DNA of 54,189 nucleotides from Candidatus Alkanophaga volatiphilum (lineage in GTDB: Archaea > Halobacteriota > Syntropharchaeia > Alkanophagales > B39-G2), in assembly GCA_029259545.1 (NCBI GenBank), contig JAPHEE010000009.1, positions 2,575 through 56,763 of the forward strand, in the 5' to 3' direction. The translations under genes were made by a program, and so were the position numbers. The notes below the pieces were generated by a model. The model had not been told where the DNA came from, did no database searches, and saw nothing but the letters and a program-made list of their open reading frames with translations. This document shows, piece after piece, positions 38,308 through 49,065 of this stretch; position 1 is the first letter of the stretch, and each line of letters starts with the position of its first letter.

Positions 38308-38652
38308 ATGCCGGGAATTGAACTGAGATGGGTATTTCTGGGGACGTTAATAATGATCGTCGTGGTAATAGCTTTCGGCGCTTTGCTGGGCGGCGTTATA
38401 GGGGGCTTTGCCGGCGTTCTCGGCTATCTCGTCGGCGGCATGCTCATAGGCAGGCTTTCCGCAGGCAAGACCATCTTGGAGGCAGGAATCGCAGGCGCAT
38501 TGACGGTCCTAATAGGTGCCTTCGCCCTTCTACGTGCGGGTGGCATTCCTGCAAGCATCGTAGCCATGGCGTCGTTACTTGGCTTCCTGATAGCGCTGCT
38601 CGGCGGCTGGCTCGGCGAGAAGTGGCAAGAGGCGGCGGGAGGTGGGAAGTAG
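38308..38652 (+). CDS. small Gly-rich membrane protein (4 TM)
   Basis: Hydrophobic 114-aa ORF. Confidence 0.7.
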   Translation: MPGIELRWVFLGTLIMIVVVIAFGALLGGVIGGFAGVLGYLVGGMLIGRLSAGKTILEAGIAGALTVLIGAFALLRAGGIPASIVAMASLLGFLIALLGGWLGEKWQEAAGGGK

Positions 38653-38842
38653 AGCAAAAGGCGTAGGGCGTACGGCATGCTCGTTTCGACCCGATCAGCA
38701 CAGCACGGCACGGACGCCTCTCCTCACTCTCCTCACATCGAACGAGTCCGAGCGGATCGGTTCGGTTACGGTTACGGCTACGGGCAACTCCTCCTAGGGT
38801 TCTTACTGTCCTCGTCGTCGGGTTGGGAGCTCGGACCTTTAC

Positions 38843-39057
38843 CTCCAGTCGCTAAGAAGGCTCGTCCTGAGGGCGGGATGATTAGGGGGTTGGAGGCAGT
38901 TAATTTTTATCCGAAGATGATGTGAGTTCGGAACGAGGCCGTGGGTACATCCTGCGGTCAGGGGCTGCTGTGACCCAGCCCGACGGGAGCGGTCCGTCCT
39001 GCACACTCCCCAACCTCCCCCGGTGGACGCCCCTTGCTAAGCGAGGGCGGAGGTCAC
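38843..39057 (+). mobile_element. non-autonomous IS200/IS605-type mini-element (family B, copy 2)
   Basis: Follows TTTAC and ends ccccttgctaagcgagggcggaGGTCAC; homologous to 9593-9798. Confidence 0.85.
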
Positions 39058-39196
39058 TTTGTGGGGAACCCGCCTCCGCCCCGCTCAGCCTCCGACTAAG
39101 CTCAGCCCCGCCTCAGTCTCCGCCTCGCTCGGTCTCAGGGGGCACCGACGATTGTCCGGCATGATTTGCGGCTCGCTCGGTTCCGACGGTCGAAGC

Positions 39197-40069
39197 TCAA
39201 AGCTCCAGCTTCAGGACCTTCTGGGCGTTTTTGACGAAGACCTTTTCGAGGACTTCGGGTTTGAAGCCCTGAGATTCCCAGTCTTGGAAGAGGCGCTCGT
39301 AGCTGAACCATGGGTAGTCAGAGCCGAACATTATCTTGTCTTGGAGGCGGGTGTTGATCTCTCGCTTGAAACTCTCGTCGAAGTAGCGAGGAAGCCAACC
39401 GTGAAGCTCGTTATACACGTTGCCCTTATGGATGAGGACGGACGCCATTTCCTTCTCGAAAGGCCAGGCGTAGTGAGCGCATATGATCTTGAGCTTCGGG
39501 AAGTCCGCAGCCACGTTGTCCACGTGCGGGATCGGGCGTTCCGTCCATAGTTTGATGCCCCAGCCGCCAGGCTGCCCCGAACCGTAAGCAAGGTGCCCGA
39601 CCCAGATTTTGATGGGGACGTCGGCATCCTCGCAAACCTCATAATACGGATACCAGCGGTAGTCATCCGCTGGAATTCCGGTGAAGGCGCCGCAGACCGC
39701 AACCCCAAATGTCTTAAGGTCGTAAATGCAACGCTCTAACTCTTTGACGCCGGCACGTCCCCAGTCCGGGTCGAGAGCTACCCAAGCGCCGACGATCACG
39801 TCAGGATACTTCTTTATCAGCTCGCCGACGTAATCGTTCTGCCTTTTTACTTCATCGAGGTCTTTCCAACCTATAGACCTAAACCCCCCTGTCCATACTA
39901 CACCGCAGACGTCGGCGTTCTTCATCCCGGCTATCCACTCCTCTTCGCTCATTATCACCTTGCTAGAAGCCTTGAAATACTTCATCAAGATGTCAAACCG
40001 CTCCTTGTCTTTAAAGGGAATTCTGCCCTCGACCCCTATCTGCACCTGCAGGTCTATTGCCTTCACCAT
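39197..40069 (-). CDS. amidohydrolase_2 family protein
   Basis: WYPYYEVCED, VAADFPKLKIICAH and KIMFGSDYP motifs. Confidence 0.85.
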   Translation of the reverse strand: MVKAIDLQVQIGVEGRIPFKDKERFDILMKYFKASSKVIMSEEEWIAGMKNADVCGVVWTGGFRSIGWKDLDEVKRQNDYVGELIKKYPDVIVGAWVALDPDWGRAGVKELERCIYDLKTFGVAVCGAFTGIPADDYRWYPYYEVCEDADVPIKIWVGHLAYGSGQPGGWGIKLWTERPIPHVDNVAADFPKLKIICAHYAWPFEKEMASVLIHKGNVYNELHGWLPRYFDESFKREINTRLQDKIMFGSDYPWFSYERLFQDWESQGFKPEVLEKVFVKNAQKVLKLEL

Positions 40070-40192
40070 GTTTTCTTCTGAAGTTTTGATCCAGATAATG
40101 TTTTAGTGTTGTGCACCTTGCTGTTCAGATAGGCGTACGACCAGTACGAACTCGCACAAGCCCATAAAGAAGTTTGTTTAGAGGGCATTGTG

Positions 40193-40463
40193 GTCAGCTA
40201 CTCCCGTCTGAAGACGGGAGCTTGCAGGTGGTCTCATGCGGGCAATCATCGACCCTGCGACGTCCCGGCTGACGGCGCCCTCGGGCCGGGAGCCCGCCCC
40301 TAACCCGGTCGGTCGAAGCCCTCACAGCCCTACAGCCGTTCCTCCGAGAAACACCTCGGAGTCCTTAAGCTCTGGCTACAAAGATTCGAAACTTCACCGT
40401 TTAAAAACCTAACGGAGGTGAAAAGGCGGCACCCTCGTTAGGGGTTTCCTGCCGCCAAAACTT
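40193..40463 (-). mobile_element. non-autonomous IS200/IS605-type mini-element (family C)
   Basis: Right-end hairpin gctcccgtc-ttca-gacgggag-tagcTGAC, left end aagttttggcggcaggaaacccc after GTCAT, internal TTTTTAAA. Confidence 0.8.
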
Positions 40464-40525
40464 ATGACTTTGATGTCAGAGAAAAACAGTTAGCACGTTT
40501 CCTAATTTCAGCTCGTCTAGGGGTG

Positions 40526-42046
40526 TTACACGAAAATGCACTTCGCTCGTCTTTTTATTTTTTGAATGAGGGGGTGTTCTTTCCAAGGCTCACCGCATAC
40601 GAACACGAACTCCGCACCCTTGCTCATCTCCAGCAGCTTTAAGACGTTTTCCAGCGCCGTTGTCAGCCCTTCATAATCCATGGGCGTCGGCACTTCTGAC
40701 TGCCCTATTGGATACGTCTCTTGGAGTTCCAACGGGTACGGCCCAAACGGCGGCTTTACGAGGAATACATGGTCGAAAGCCTGTAAGTCGAGCTTCAGAG
40801 CCTTGCAAGCATCTTCGAGCGTCGTGTCCAGGGCGGCGACAAGCGTATTGCCTGAAACTTCAAAGCGGTCGAGCTTCTTCGCATATTTCAGAACTTCGGG
40901 GCGGCGTGCCGACGTTTCTCCGAGGTAAAAGAAAGAACGTTTCGTAGAAACGTCGTACTTTTCAAGCAACTCAGCGTGCTCCAAAACTTTTTTCAAGCCA
41001 CTGAGGAGCAAAGGGTGCGCCCTGCATCGGCGCTCCAAAAGTTCCCAGAGCCTGTTTTCCCGAATTGCCTGCTTCACTGCCCTTATCTCTGCGAACGTCA
41101 CATAAAGGTTATGCTCGGCGAGAAGCCTCGCTCTTTCCTCCCGGTCGCACTCCTTCAGGTATCTGACGTCATATTTCGAACACACCGGACACGAGCACGG
41201 CAGGTAATGCAAATCTTCGAGGAAGTAGGTCCCATCGCTCGTCAGGTACCTGTCGTCTTTTGCGTAGAGGGCGTAGGCGGCGGAGTCGAAGAGGTCGCAG
41301 CCGAGGGCGACGGCGAGCGAGAAGAATATGGGGTGTCCAACGCCGAAAAGATGCACGGGCGCATCCGCGGGCAGTCGCTGCTTTACAGCGATGATGATTT
41401 CCACAAGCTCTCTGTATCTGTAGTCCTCTAGCAGAGGAACGAGCCCACCTATCGGGTAAACGTCAAAACCCATTTCTGAAACCGCCGCCGCACATCGCTC
41501 TCGCAAGTCGAGGAACGTCGAGCCTTGTATCGGGCCCGCTAGTAACGGCCTTGCGCCTCGTACCTCACCCCCTCCCCCCTCTCGTCCCCTAGAAATTCGC
41601 TTTGCCTCTTCAAGCCTGCGTAGCGTCTCAGCAAGGTCGCTTTCCGCCCGCTCCCGCTGGGCGTCGGGCGGTGTTGGTATATCCAGCGGGACGATGACGT
41701 CGGACCCTATCCCCAACTGGAACTCTACGATCTCCCGGTTGGAAACCTCGACGTCGCCATACTCATAGAGCTGGTACGAGCCGGAGTCCGTCATCAGAGG
41801 CTTTTTCCAGCCTAAAAGCTCGTGGACGCCGCCTTCTAAGGCTTTCTCTCGCAACTCCTCTTTCTTATGAATGATGTAAGCGTTCGTGATTATGATTTCG
41901 GCGCCGAACCTTTCCAGCTCGTCGGGTCTTATCAGCACCAAATTTGGATTCACTACCGGCATGATCGTCGGCGTTTCTACGACGCCATGCGGTGTTTCCA
42001 GCCTACCTATCCGTCCCATCAGGTCTTTGTGCAAAACCTCAAACAC
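40526..42046 (-). CDS. tgtA: archaeosine tRNA-guanine(15) transglycosylase
   Basis: ETPTIMPVVNP, MTDSGSYQ, PVHLFG, GCDLFDSAAY and PCSCPVC motifs; GTG start inferred. Confidence 0.93.
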   Translation of the reverse strand: MFEVLHKDLMGRIGRLETPHGVVETPTIMPVVNPNLVLIRPDELERFGAEIIITNAYIIHKKEELREKALEGGVHELLGWKKPLMTDSGSYQLYEYGDVEVSNREIVEFQLGIGSDVIVPLDIPTPPDAQRERAESDLAETLRRLEEAKRISRGREGGGGEVRGARPLLAGPIQGSTFLDLRERCAAAVSEMGFDVYPIGGLVPLLEDYRYRELVEIIIAVKQRLPADAPVHLFGVGHPIFFSLAVALGCDLFDSAAYALYAKDDRYLTSDGTYFLEDLHYLPCSCPVCSKYDVRYLKECDREERARLLAEHNLYVTFAEIRAVKQAIRENRLWELLERRCRAHPLLLSGLKKVLEHAELLEKYDVSTKRSFFYLGETSARRPEVLKYAKKLDRFEVSGNTLVAALDTTLEDACKALKLDLQAFDHVFLVKPPFGPYPLELQETYPIGQSEVPTPMDYEGLTTALENVLKLLEMSKGAEFVFVCGEPWKEHPLIQKIKRRAKCIFV

Positions 42047-42086
42047 AATTATCAAGAAGGAACCATAGTATAACAAGCAATCGCAT

Positions 42087-43271
42087 ATGGACGAAGCGAC
42101 GAAGAGGTTCGTGAGACGGAAATTTGCGGAATATTATAGGGGGGCGGAGCTGAGGCTGCCGTCGGAGCTCGAGCATCGGGAGTGGGGCTTTGTACTTTTC
42201 GATGCCAGTTATCCAAGGAAAACGGTGATGCGGCGGCACAGAGCGTTTACGACCTCTACGGCTCTCGTTTCATACCTCAGGAAAAATGCGCCTGCGCACG
42301 TTTATTATTCCTCCGCTTTATACGAGCGTCCGTCTGCGGAAATGGATGAAAAGGGCTGGCTCGGCGCCGACCTCATCTTCGACCTCGATGCCGATCACAT
42401 CGTCGACGACAAAAGGAGCTACCCCGAGATGCTTGATATCGTAAAGAAGGAGACTTTGAAGCTTTTGGACTTCCTCATCGGCGATTTCGGCTTCGAGGAA
42501 GACTTGATAGAGATCGTTTTTTCTGGATCGAGGGGTTATCATGTGCATGTTCGAGATGAGAGTGTCAGAAAACTTGGGAGCAAAGAAAGGCGGGAAATTG
42601 TGGATTATGTGACTGCAAGAGGCATGAAAATAGGTAGATTTATCGTGGACGCCGTGATAGTGGACGAAAAGGGTAAGAAGCGGGTGCTGAAGCTAATATC
42701 TGAGGGCTGGGGCTCAAGGTTGCTCCGCGGGCTGGTAGAATTCTTGGACAGAATTGCGGAGATGGACGACGAGGAGGCGTTCCGCTCGCTGCTCAGCATA
42801 AGAGGCGTTGGGGAGAAGCGGGCAGCGGCGCTCATGAAGGTAATAAGGGACGCTGCCGTCATGCAAGACATAAGAAATGGGTTGTTACCTCCACATCTAA
42901 GACCGGTTTGGGAGAAAATCATCGAGAGGGAGCGTGTCAAATACGAGGATCATCCCGACGAGCCTGTGACGGCGGACGTGAAGCGGTTGATAAGAATGCC
43001 AACATCACTGCACGGTAAGACTGGTTTCTTGGTCAAGCCGCTGTCCGTGCGAGAGCTTGAGGGCTTTGACCCTTTGGAGGATGCCGTCGTCTTTGGCGAC
43101 GACGAGGTGCGCGTCGAGATACGCCGCCCAGCAAGTATCTTCTTAAAAAGTACCACATACAAGGTAGAGGAAGGGACGGAGAAACTCCCGATGTATGCTG
43201 CTATCTTTTTGATGTGCGCAGGCGTGGCTTCGCTGAGCGGCTCGGCTCAAGATCGAGACGCCGTAGCATAA
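42087..43271 (+). CDS. priS: DNA primase small subunit
   Basis: REWGF, DLIFDLDADH, FSGSRGYH and RLIRMPTSLHGKTG motifs. Confidence 0.95.
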   Translation: MDEATKRFVRRKFAEYYRGAELRLPSELEHREWGFVLFDASYPRKTVMRRHRAFTTSTALVSYLRKNAPAHVYYSSALYERPSAEMDEKGWLGADLIFDLDADHIVDDKRSYPEMLDIVKKETLKLLDFLIGDFGFEEDLIEIVFSGSRGYHVHVRDESVRKLGSKERREIVDYVTARGMKIGRFIVDAVIVDEKGKKRVLKLISEGWGSRLLRGLVEFLDRIAEMDDEEAFRSLLSIRGVGEKRAAALMKVIRDAAVMQDIRNGLLPPHLRPVWEKIIERERVKYEDHPDEPVTADVKRLIRMPTSLHGKTGFLVKPLSVRELEGFDPLEDAVVFGDDEVRVEIRRPASIFLKSTTYKVEEGTEKLPMYAAIFLMCAGVASLSGSAQDRDAVA

Positions 43272-43302
43272 CGGGCTGGTGCGACGGATGGGTGCGGAAG
43301 GG

Positions 43303-44055
43303 ATGAACATAGAAAGGCTTTGGGAAATTTTGTATAAAGAGAGAAGCTCGCCTTTATTGCAAGAACTCCCACAAAACTTTTATGAGGAAGTGCGTGATTA
43401 CATAAGGAGGCTAGAGCAGGAGAAGGAAAAGGCGGACGACACGAGAAAAGCGTTCATTGAAGATGAAATAAGGAGCGCAAGAGCAAAGATCGAAGACATA
43501 TTTAGGAGGCGTATCGGTAAGATAGTGAAGATGGCGAGCGCGGGCGCGAAGACCTGCCCGAAAGGGCTGACACCCGATGAGAAGGCGATATTTGAGGGTG
43601 TTGCGAGTTGCGTCGAGGAAGGGAGGAAACGCATCATGCGAGCAATATTTGGCGAAACGAAGGATGAAAAAAAGGAGAATGAGAGTGGTTCATACGCGTC
43701 ATCACAGGATGATGTCGTCGCGGGGACTACTGTGGTGAGCGTTGATGTGAAGCAGCTGGCAGAGCAAGAAAGTGTGAGTGAGCACGCTAAAGAGGCTGCC
43801 AGTGGTGATGCAGGAGCGGCTGATGCTACGGATGAGATGGCGGTTGCTAACAGAGATGCGACAGCAAACGCAGCTGTAATGGAGAAGTTATGCGTAGTGC
43901 GTATGCTTGAGAGCGTACCTGCGTTCATCGGCGTAGACGGCAGAGTTTATAAAGTGAGGAGGGAGGATGTGCTCACACTACCTAAGGACAATGCTGAGAT
44001 CCTGTGTAAGAAGGGCGTCGCCGTGCAGCTGAGCGTCAGGAGGAGGTGGTCTTAA
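43303..44055 (+). CDS. GINS subunit (Gins51-like) with low-complexity linker
   Basis: [16 protein letters not shown] and C-terminal B domain FIGVDGRVY; follows priS. Confidence 0.8.
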   Translation: MNIERLWEILYKERSSPLLQELPQNFYEEVRDYIRRLEQEKEKADDTRKAFIEDEIRSARAKIEDIFRRRIGKIVKMASAGAKTCPKGLTPDEKAIFEGVASCVEEGRKRIMRAIFGETKDEKKENESGSYASSQDDVVAGTTVVSVDVKQLAEQESVSEHAKEAASGDAGAADATDEMAVANRDATANAAVMEKLCVVRMLESVPAFIGVDGRVYKVRREDVLTLPKDNAEILCKKGVAVQLSVRRRWS

Positions 44056-44056
44056 G

Positions 44057-44341
44057 ATGAAAATGCCGAAGAAAATTAGGACGTTCTGTCCCTACTGCAA
44101 GAAGCATTCTATACACGAAGTCGAAAAGGTGAAAAAGGGGAAGGCGTCGTCATTAAGCTGGATCGCGAGGCAGAAAAAGCGAAAGAAGGCGAGAATAGGA
44201 AACAGCGGGAAGTTTTCGAAAGTACCAGGCGGTGACAAGCCGACTAAAAAGGTATTTTTGAGGTATACATGTACGGAGTGCAAGAAGTCGCATACGAGGG
44301 AAGGCTTCAGAGTGTCGAGGTTCGAACTTGTGGAGATGTAA
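44057..44341 (+). CDS. rpl44e: 50S ribosomal protein L44e
   Basis: MKMPK...CPYCKKH, KPTKK and CTECKK motifs. Confidence 0.95.
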   Translation: MKMPKKIRTFCPYCKKHSIHEVEKVKKGKASSLSWIARQKKRKKARIGNSGKFSKVPGGDKPTKKVFLRYTCTECKKSHTREGFRVSRFELVEM

Positions 44342-44367
44342 CGCTGCGTATGAGAGAGGTGGGTGGG

Positions 44368-44550
44368 ATGGTGCTGAGGGTGTCGAAGAACAAGTTTTTA
44401 CGTGTGAAATGTGATGACTGTGGGAATGAGCAGATAATATTTGAAAGAGCGAGTACTGTCGTTCGTTGCTTGGTCTGCGGGCGGACGCTGGCAGAGCCGA
44501 GGGGCGGACGGGCTGAGATTAAAAGCAAGGTCGTGGAGGCGTTAGCATGA
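44368..44550 (+). CDS. rps27e: 30S ribosomal protein S27e
   Basis: [16 protein letters not shown]...CLVCG. Confidence 0.95.
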   Translation: MVLRVSKNKFLRVKCDDCGNEQIIFERASTVVRCLVCGRTLAEPRGGRAEIKSKVVEALA

Positions 44551-44566
44551 ACCATAGGCGAGGAGA

Positions 44567-45337
44567 ATGAAGAGGAAGAAATGGCCTGAAAAGGGCGAGT
44601 TGGTCGTGTGTACCGTTCGGGAGGTCAAGGACTTTGGCGCATTCGTAGATATTGAAGAGTACGGAAAGGAAGGCTTGATACACATTTCGGAAATAGCGTC
44701 GGGCTGGGTGCGTTACATTCGGGACTATGTCCGAGAGGGGCAGAAGGTCGTATGCAAGGTTCTCCACGTGGATAAGGCAAAAGGGCATATTGACCTCTCC
44801 CTGAAGGACGTGAAGCCGGCGCAGCGTGCGGAAAAGATTCGAGAGTGGAAGAACGAGCAGAAGGCGAAGAAGTGGCTTGAGCTCGTTGCGGAATTGCTGA
44901 AAATCAGCGAGAAGGAGAAGGAAGCTCTTGCTGAGAAGCTGCTTGACGCCTACGGCAGCATATATTCGGCGTTTGAGGATGCTGCAATCAATGGTGTGGA
45001 GTCGCTGAAAGGTATCGTCGGCGAGGAGTATGCCGAGGGGATTCATGAAGTTGCGACCGCGAACATAAAGCCGCCGACGGTCAGCGTCTCGGCGAACGTC
45101 GAGCTGAGCTGTCCGCTGCCGAACGGCGTGGACGTGATAAAAGAGGCGTTAAAGAAGGCGATGAAAGCCGCCGACGGTAACGTGAAGCTCGAAATCATCT
45201 ACATGGGAGCGCCCCGCTATCAGTTCAGGGTGGAGGCTCCTGACTATAAAAAGGCTGAGGGCGTCTTAAGGAAGGCGGCTGATGCCGCAATCAAGGTCGT
45301 TACCAAAAATAAGGGCACAGGCGTTTTCCACCGATGA
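44567..45337 (+). CDS. eif2a: translation initiation factor 2 alpha subunit
   Basis: S1 domain (GLIHISEIASGWV, KGHIDLSLK) and GAPRY motif. Confidence 0.95.
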   Translation: MKRKKWPEKGELVVCTVREVKDFGAFVDIEEYGKEGLIHISEIASGWVRYIRDYVREGQKVVCKVLHVDKAKGHIDLSLKDVKPAQRAEKIREWKNEQKAKKWLELVAELLKISEKEKEALAEKLLDAYGSIYSAFEDAAINGVESLKGIVGEEYAEGIHEVATANIKPPTVSVSANVELSCPLPNGVDVIKEALKKAMKAADGNVKLEIIYMGAPRYQFRVEAPDYKKAEGVLRKAADAAIKVVTKNKGTGVFHR

Positions 45338-45495
45338 CTTCTAAAATAAAAAAGTGTGCGAAGTGCGGAGAATATACGCTTAAAGACGTGTGTGTGCGGT
45401 GCGGCGAGCGCACCCACAACCCGCTGCCGCCGCGTTTCTCGCCCGCTGATCGCTACGGTAAATACCGGCGGATGATAAAATACGGCAGGGCATAG
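45334..45495 (+). CDS. nop10: H/ACA RNP subunit Nop10 (missed by the ORF track)
   Basis: MTSKIKKCAKCGEYTLKDVCVRCG...PPRFSPADRYGKYRR; conserved position after eIF2-alpha. Confidence 0.93.
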   Translation: MTSKIKKCAKCGEYTLKDVCVRCGERTHNPLPPRFSPADRYGKYRRMIKYGRA

Positions 45496-45543
45496 GGGTA
45501 AGTGGCGGCGCGAAAGGTCGCTGTTAGCGACCGTACAGTAAAA

Positions 45544-46407
45544 ATGCGTATCAGCTCGTTTTGGAAACTTACAAGGCTCGAGCACGGTATAATGTACGGG
45601 GTGGGCGTTTTAGTAGGTATGTTAGTGGCCGGCGGCTTGAATCTCACTTTTTGGCAGAAAGCAGTTTTTGGCTTCTCGACGGCACTGCTCATCGAGGCTG
45701 GGACCTTTGCGCTGAACGACTATTGTGACTACGAGAGCGACGTGGCGAACGAGCGTTACGACCGCCCGCTCGTGAGCGGCGAGCTTTCGCCGAATGTCGC
45801 CCTTTACACCGCGGCTGTTGCGACGACGCTCGGCGTGCTGGCGGCGGCGCCGCTCGGCGCCCTGTGCTTCAGAGTGGCGGCGGCGCTCGCAGCGCTCGGC
45901 ATCGCCTACGACATTTGGCTCAAAAAGTTGGGCGTCGTCGGGAACTTTTATATAGGCTTCACGATGGCGGTTCCCTTCCTCTTCGGAGCGCTCATCGTCG
46001 GCGTCGTTAATGAGGCGGTGCTCACGCTCTTCGCCATCTCGCTGCTCGCAGGCGTCGGCAGGGAGATCATGAAGGGCATCATGGACGTCAGGGGCGACGC
46101 CCTCAGGGGCGTGCGGACGGTCGCCCTAAGGTACGGCGAGACCGCCGCCAGAAGGTCGGCGGCGGCGCTCTTCCTCGCAGCGACGGCACTCAGCCCGCTG
46201 CCGTTCTTCGCTGCGGAGCCGTACCGCATGAACCTTGCGTACCTCGTGCCGCTGATATTTGCGGACGCCGCCTTCGTCCACGCTTCACTAGTGCTGCTTA
46301 GGGGCGAAAGTGTGCAGAAGCTCCGCCGAGAAACGCTGCTCGCCACGCTCCTCGGACTTTTAGCGTTCCTCTCCGGGGCGGTTGTGAGCTTAAAGCTTAG
46401 TTTTTAG
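45544..46407 (+). CDS. digeranylgeranylglyceryl phosphate synthase (UbiA family)
   Basis: NDYCDYESD...RPLVSG and GREIMKGIMDVRGD motifs. Confidence 0.85.
   Translation: MRISSFWKLTRLEHGIMYGVGVLVGMLVAGGLNLTFWQKAVFGFSTALLIEAGTFALNDYCDYESDVANERYDRPLVSGELSPNVALYTAAVATTLGVLAAAPLGALCFRVAAALAALGIAYDIWLKKLGVVGNFYIGFTMAVPFLFGALIVGVVNEAVLTLFAISLLAGVGREIMKGIMDVRGDALRGVRTVALRYGETAARRSAAALFLAATALSPLPFFAAEPYRMNLAYLVPLIFADAAFVHASLVLLRGESVQKLRRETLLATLLGLLAFLSGAVVSLKLSF
46259..46407 (+). repeat. direct repeat, copy 1 (3' end of DGGGP synthase gene)
   Basis: 25-bp exact match 46259-46283 = 51968-51992; similarity continues to the stop codon. Confidence 0.8.
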
Positions 46408-46518
46408 GCTAGCCTTCTGCGGCGGCGCCGTCGCCGTCGTGCACCCGTTCCGTGGCGGGAGGGTTGCCGCTCGGAGATTTAGGGCGCCCTAGTTTCTAGT
46501 TTCTGCAGCGGTGGTAAT

Positions 46519-47213
46519 TTAGCCGTGTCTTCTACTCCTACCGAATTCAAGCAAGTCTTCGAACAGTTGCGACAGGGGGTACGCCTTTTGGAATCGCCGG
46601 AACTGCTCGTAGCAATCATCGGGAATGTACACTCTTATGTCCAGTTTGGTCATGGTATCCACTATGCGTCTATGTCGCACTCCAAGGTGGCGAACCACAC
46701 GTTATCAGGAATCCCGTGGATTTTTAAAATGTAAGCTTCGCCCACGACCTCCCTCCACCGCTCCCTGACCTTACGCTTAACAGACAGTATCACGGCTTTA
46801 GAAGGGTCCTTGTCGAACGTCTCCCTGTCAGGAATCAGGAAATCGGGCGTTTCCCTGCCGATCTGCCTCTTCCTTGCGTCTCTCTCATACCTGACGCCGA
46901 GGCTATCTATTAGGAGTCTAAAAATCTCCTCAGTCGTTTTACCGGCTCTTGACATTCTGGACTGCTGTAGGGACTGCTCAAGCCTCGCCGGATCCACTTT
47001 ATCTTTCCATTTCTCCCTAATCCTCTCTTCATATCGCCTGTAGATCTCGTGGCACTTTCTTTCGAGCATCCTCGCAAGCTCCGAAGGTCTGACCTTCCCC
47101 ACAAGCCCTCCGAACCCAAGCTCGCTCTTCGCCTCCTCCAGAATCTCCATGACTGACGGGATCTCCTCAAGCCATTGCGGTTTAGGATTCTCGTTCATCT
47201 GAAACTTTATCAT
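46519..47213 (-). pseudogene. type II restriction endonuclease (EcoRII C-terminal-like), frameshifted
   Basis: QSRMSRAGK, PDF and SVKRKVRERW motifs. The frame breaks near 46665; the alternative frame continues IVDTMTKLDIRVYIPD to TAA at 46519. Confidence 0.75.
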
Positions 47214-48427
47214 CGCTTCGCCCTCAGCACTATTATACTCTCTTTGGCTATGGTCGTCCCTTTTTCTCCTCGAACGTTCTCCGGGGCGTTCTGCCAAGGC
47301 AGCCTTTTCGATGGGATCTCCCGTCTGATGAGCGTTTCGAATTCAAGACCGAGAGCCTCTCCGAGCTCCACGATTATCCGGTCGGTCGGGACTTGCACCC
47401 TTCTGACCGTCCTGTTGCCCACGACGAAGCAGCAACAGCCGCTCAAAACCCCACGAAGCTGCTCAAGACACCTGAAAAGGTCTGAGAAGAACCAGAGAAC
47501 GTCGTTGTAACGCTCTCTGCTTTTCTTCTTGATCTCCTCCAAGGTCCGTTTTAACGTTTCCGAGGGGAGCTCCTCGCCGTCCGTGGGGCGTCCCCCAAGA
47601 GAGGCTTTATCAACTCCCGTGACCCCTCTCAATCCGAGCCAGAGCGCCGGGTATTTTGAGAACTGACCGTATGCGACCGTCGTTCTGCTGTCCCCGTACG
47701 GCGGGGACGTGACCACGAGATCGACTCCCCCCTTAAGAGGCAACCTTCGGGCGTCCCCCAGCAGAACTTCACAGAAAACGTTTTCGTCGCAAGCCCTGTA
47801 GAATTCGACCATCCTAGGAATACGCTCCTCGACGTGTTCGATGAATGTCTGAAGGACGTTCGGGTTGTGCTTTTTGAGCTTTTCCGCCGGCATCCTCATA
47901 ATCTTGAACTCCCCGGGCTTGAGATTCGAGACTTTGCGAACGGTCAGGCTGAAGCAGGTGGCGAAGAAAAAGTAAGCCCTTTCTCCCTTGAGAGCGTCTA
48001 GACGTCGTCTTATCACCGCCAGCTCCCTTGCGACCTGGGGCTTGAACCAGTATTCAAGATTTGGGATTTTCGGGACTTCGACTTCGAGCCGATCGAACCT
48101 CAACCCACGAACGTCCTCCTCTATCGCCTCCCGGAGTTCCAGCCAGAGCCTCTCAAGCTCCGATGGCTCCAAAGGCGTCGTTTTCGCCTTAGCAATGATG
48201 AGCGCCAAAGGATTTATGTCTATTCCTATGCTGTTCCTGCCGAGCAGCATGCTCTCCACGAGGACGCCGCCAGACCCGCAAAATGGGTCGAGAATGACGT
48301 CCTTTCGCTCAGAATAACGCTCTATGAGCCTTCTGGCGATCTGGGGGATCATCCTCGCTGGGTAGGGGTGGAGCCCATGGGTCAAATACTGCGTGTCCGC
48401 ACCGGCGAATCTCCAATCTTCACCCAT
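47210..48427 (-). CDS. DNA methyltransferase (N4-cytosine type, SPPY)
   Basis: HPYPARMIP, DPFCGSG and VTSPPY motifs. Confidence 0.9.
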   Translation of the reverse strand: MGEDWRFAGADTQYLTHGLHPYPARMIPQIARRLIERYSERKDVILDPFCGSGGVLVESMLLGRNSIGIDINPLALIIAKAKTTPLEPSELERLWLELREAIEEDVRGLRFDRLEVEVPKIPNLEYWFKPQVARELAVIRRRLDALKGERAYFFFATCFSLTVRKVSNLKPGEFKIMRMPAEKLKKHNPNVLQTFIEHVEERIPRMVEFYRACDENVFCEVLLGDARRLPLKGGVDLVVTSPPYGDSRTTVAYGQFSKYPALWLGLRGVTGVDKASLGGRPTDGEELPSETLKRTLEEIKKKSRERYNDVLWFFSDLFRCLEQLRGVLSGCCCFVVGNRTVRRVQVPTDRIIVELGEALGLEFETLIRREIPSKRLPWQNAPENVRGEKGTTIAKESIIVLRAKR

Positions 48428-49065
48428 TGAGCCGAGCTCTCTGAGATCGTTTGAGCAGAGTTTTATATAGGGATTTCTGAAGATTTCGATCCCACGCACT
48501 TCAACTCCAGTGGGGTTCTGAAGTGCGCCGCCGCAAGGTGGCATGACGCAGCCGAGCCCGCCTCTTTAAGTTCTTACTCAAAGTCTAGACGCCCTGAAAT
48601 ACGCATCGGCTGGGGAAGGAATGGGAGTAACGGCAACAAGAGCCGTTAACGCCGTTTGCTGAAATTCAACGCAGAACACCAATCGAAGAGAGCGACTACG
48701 GGTGCGTTTGGCAAGGAACATCGCTTGAAGTCATTTACGAGAAGGAGAAATGCATTCAGCATGAGGAATGCGTCGTTGAGCGATTTTGTCCCACGAGAGC
48801 ATTTGAAAGGTCAAGCGGTCTCAACCGAGAGCGATGCTTCAACTGCGGATTCTGCGTTTTCGCATGCGAGGGGGGCGCATTCAAAGGCGAACTCGGAAGC
48901 ATTTTCGTCGCAGGAAGAAAAGTTCCGATTACGCTACGCCTCTCAAACAGGGCAAAGGCACGAAAACTCTGCATACTTTTGAAGAAGCGGATTGAGGAGG
49001 GTGAATTTCTGCTTTAGTTGGAGCATATTGAAATTACATGTTACTAAGAGTGCAACGGTGGAAGG

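Noticed and set aside
48656-48982. 108-aa ORF in the island
   Set aside because: No recognisable motif and low complexity; may be a gene remnant but cannot be supported.
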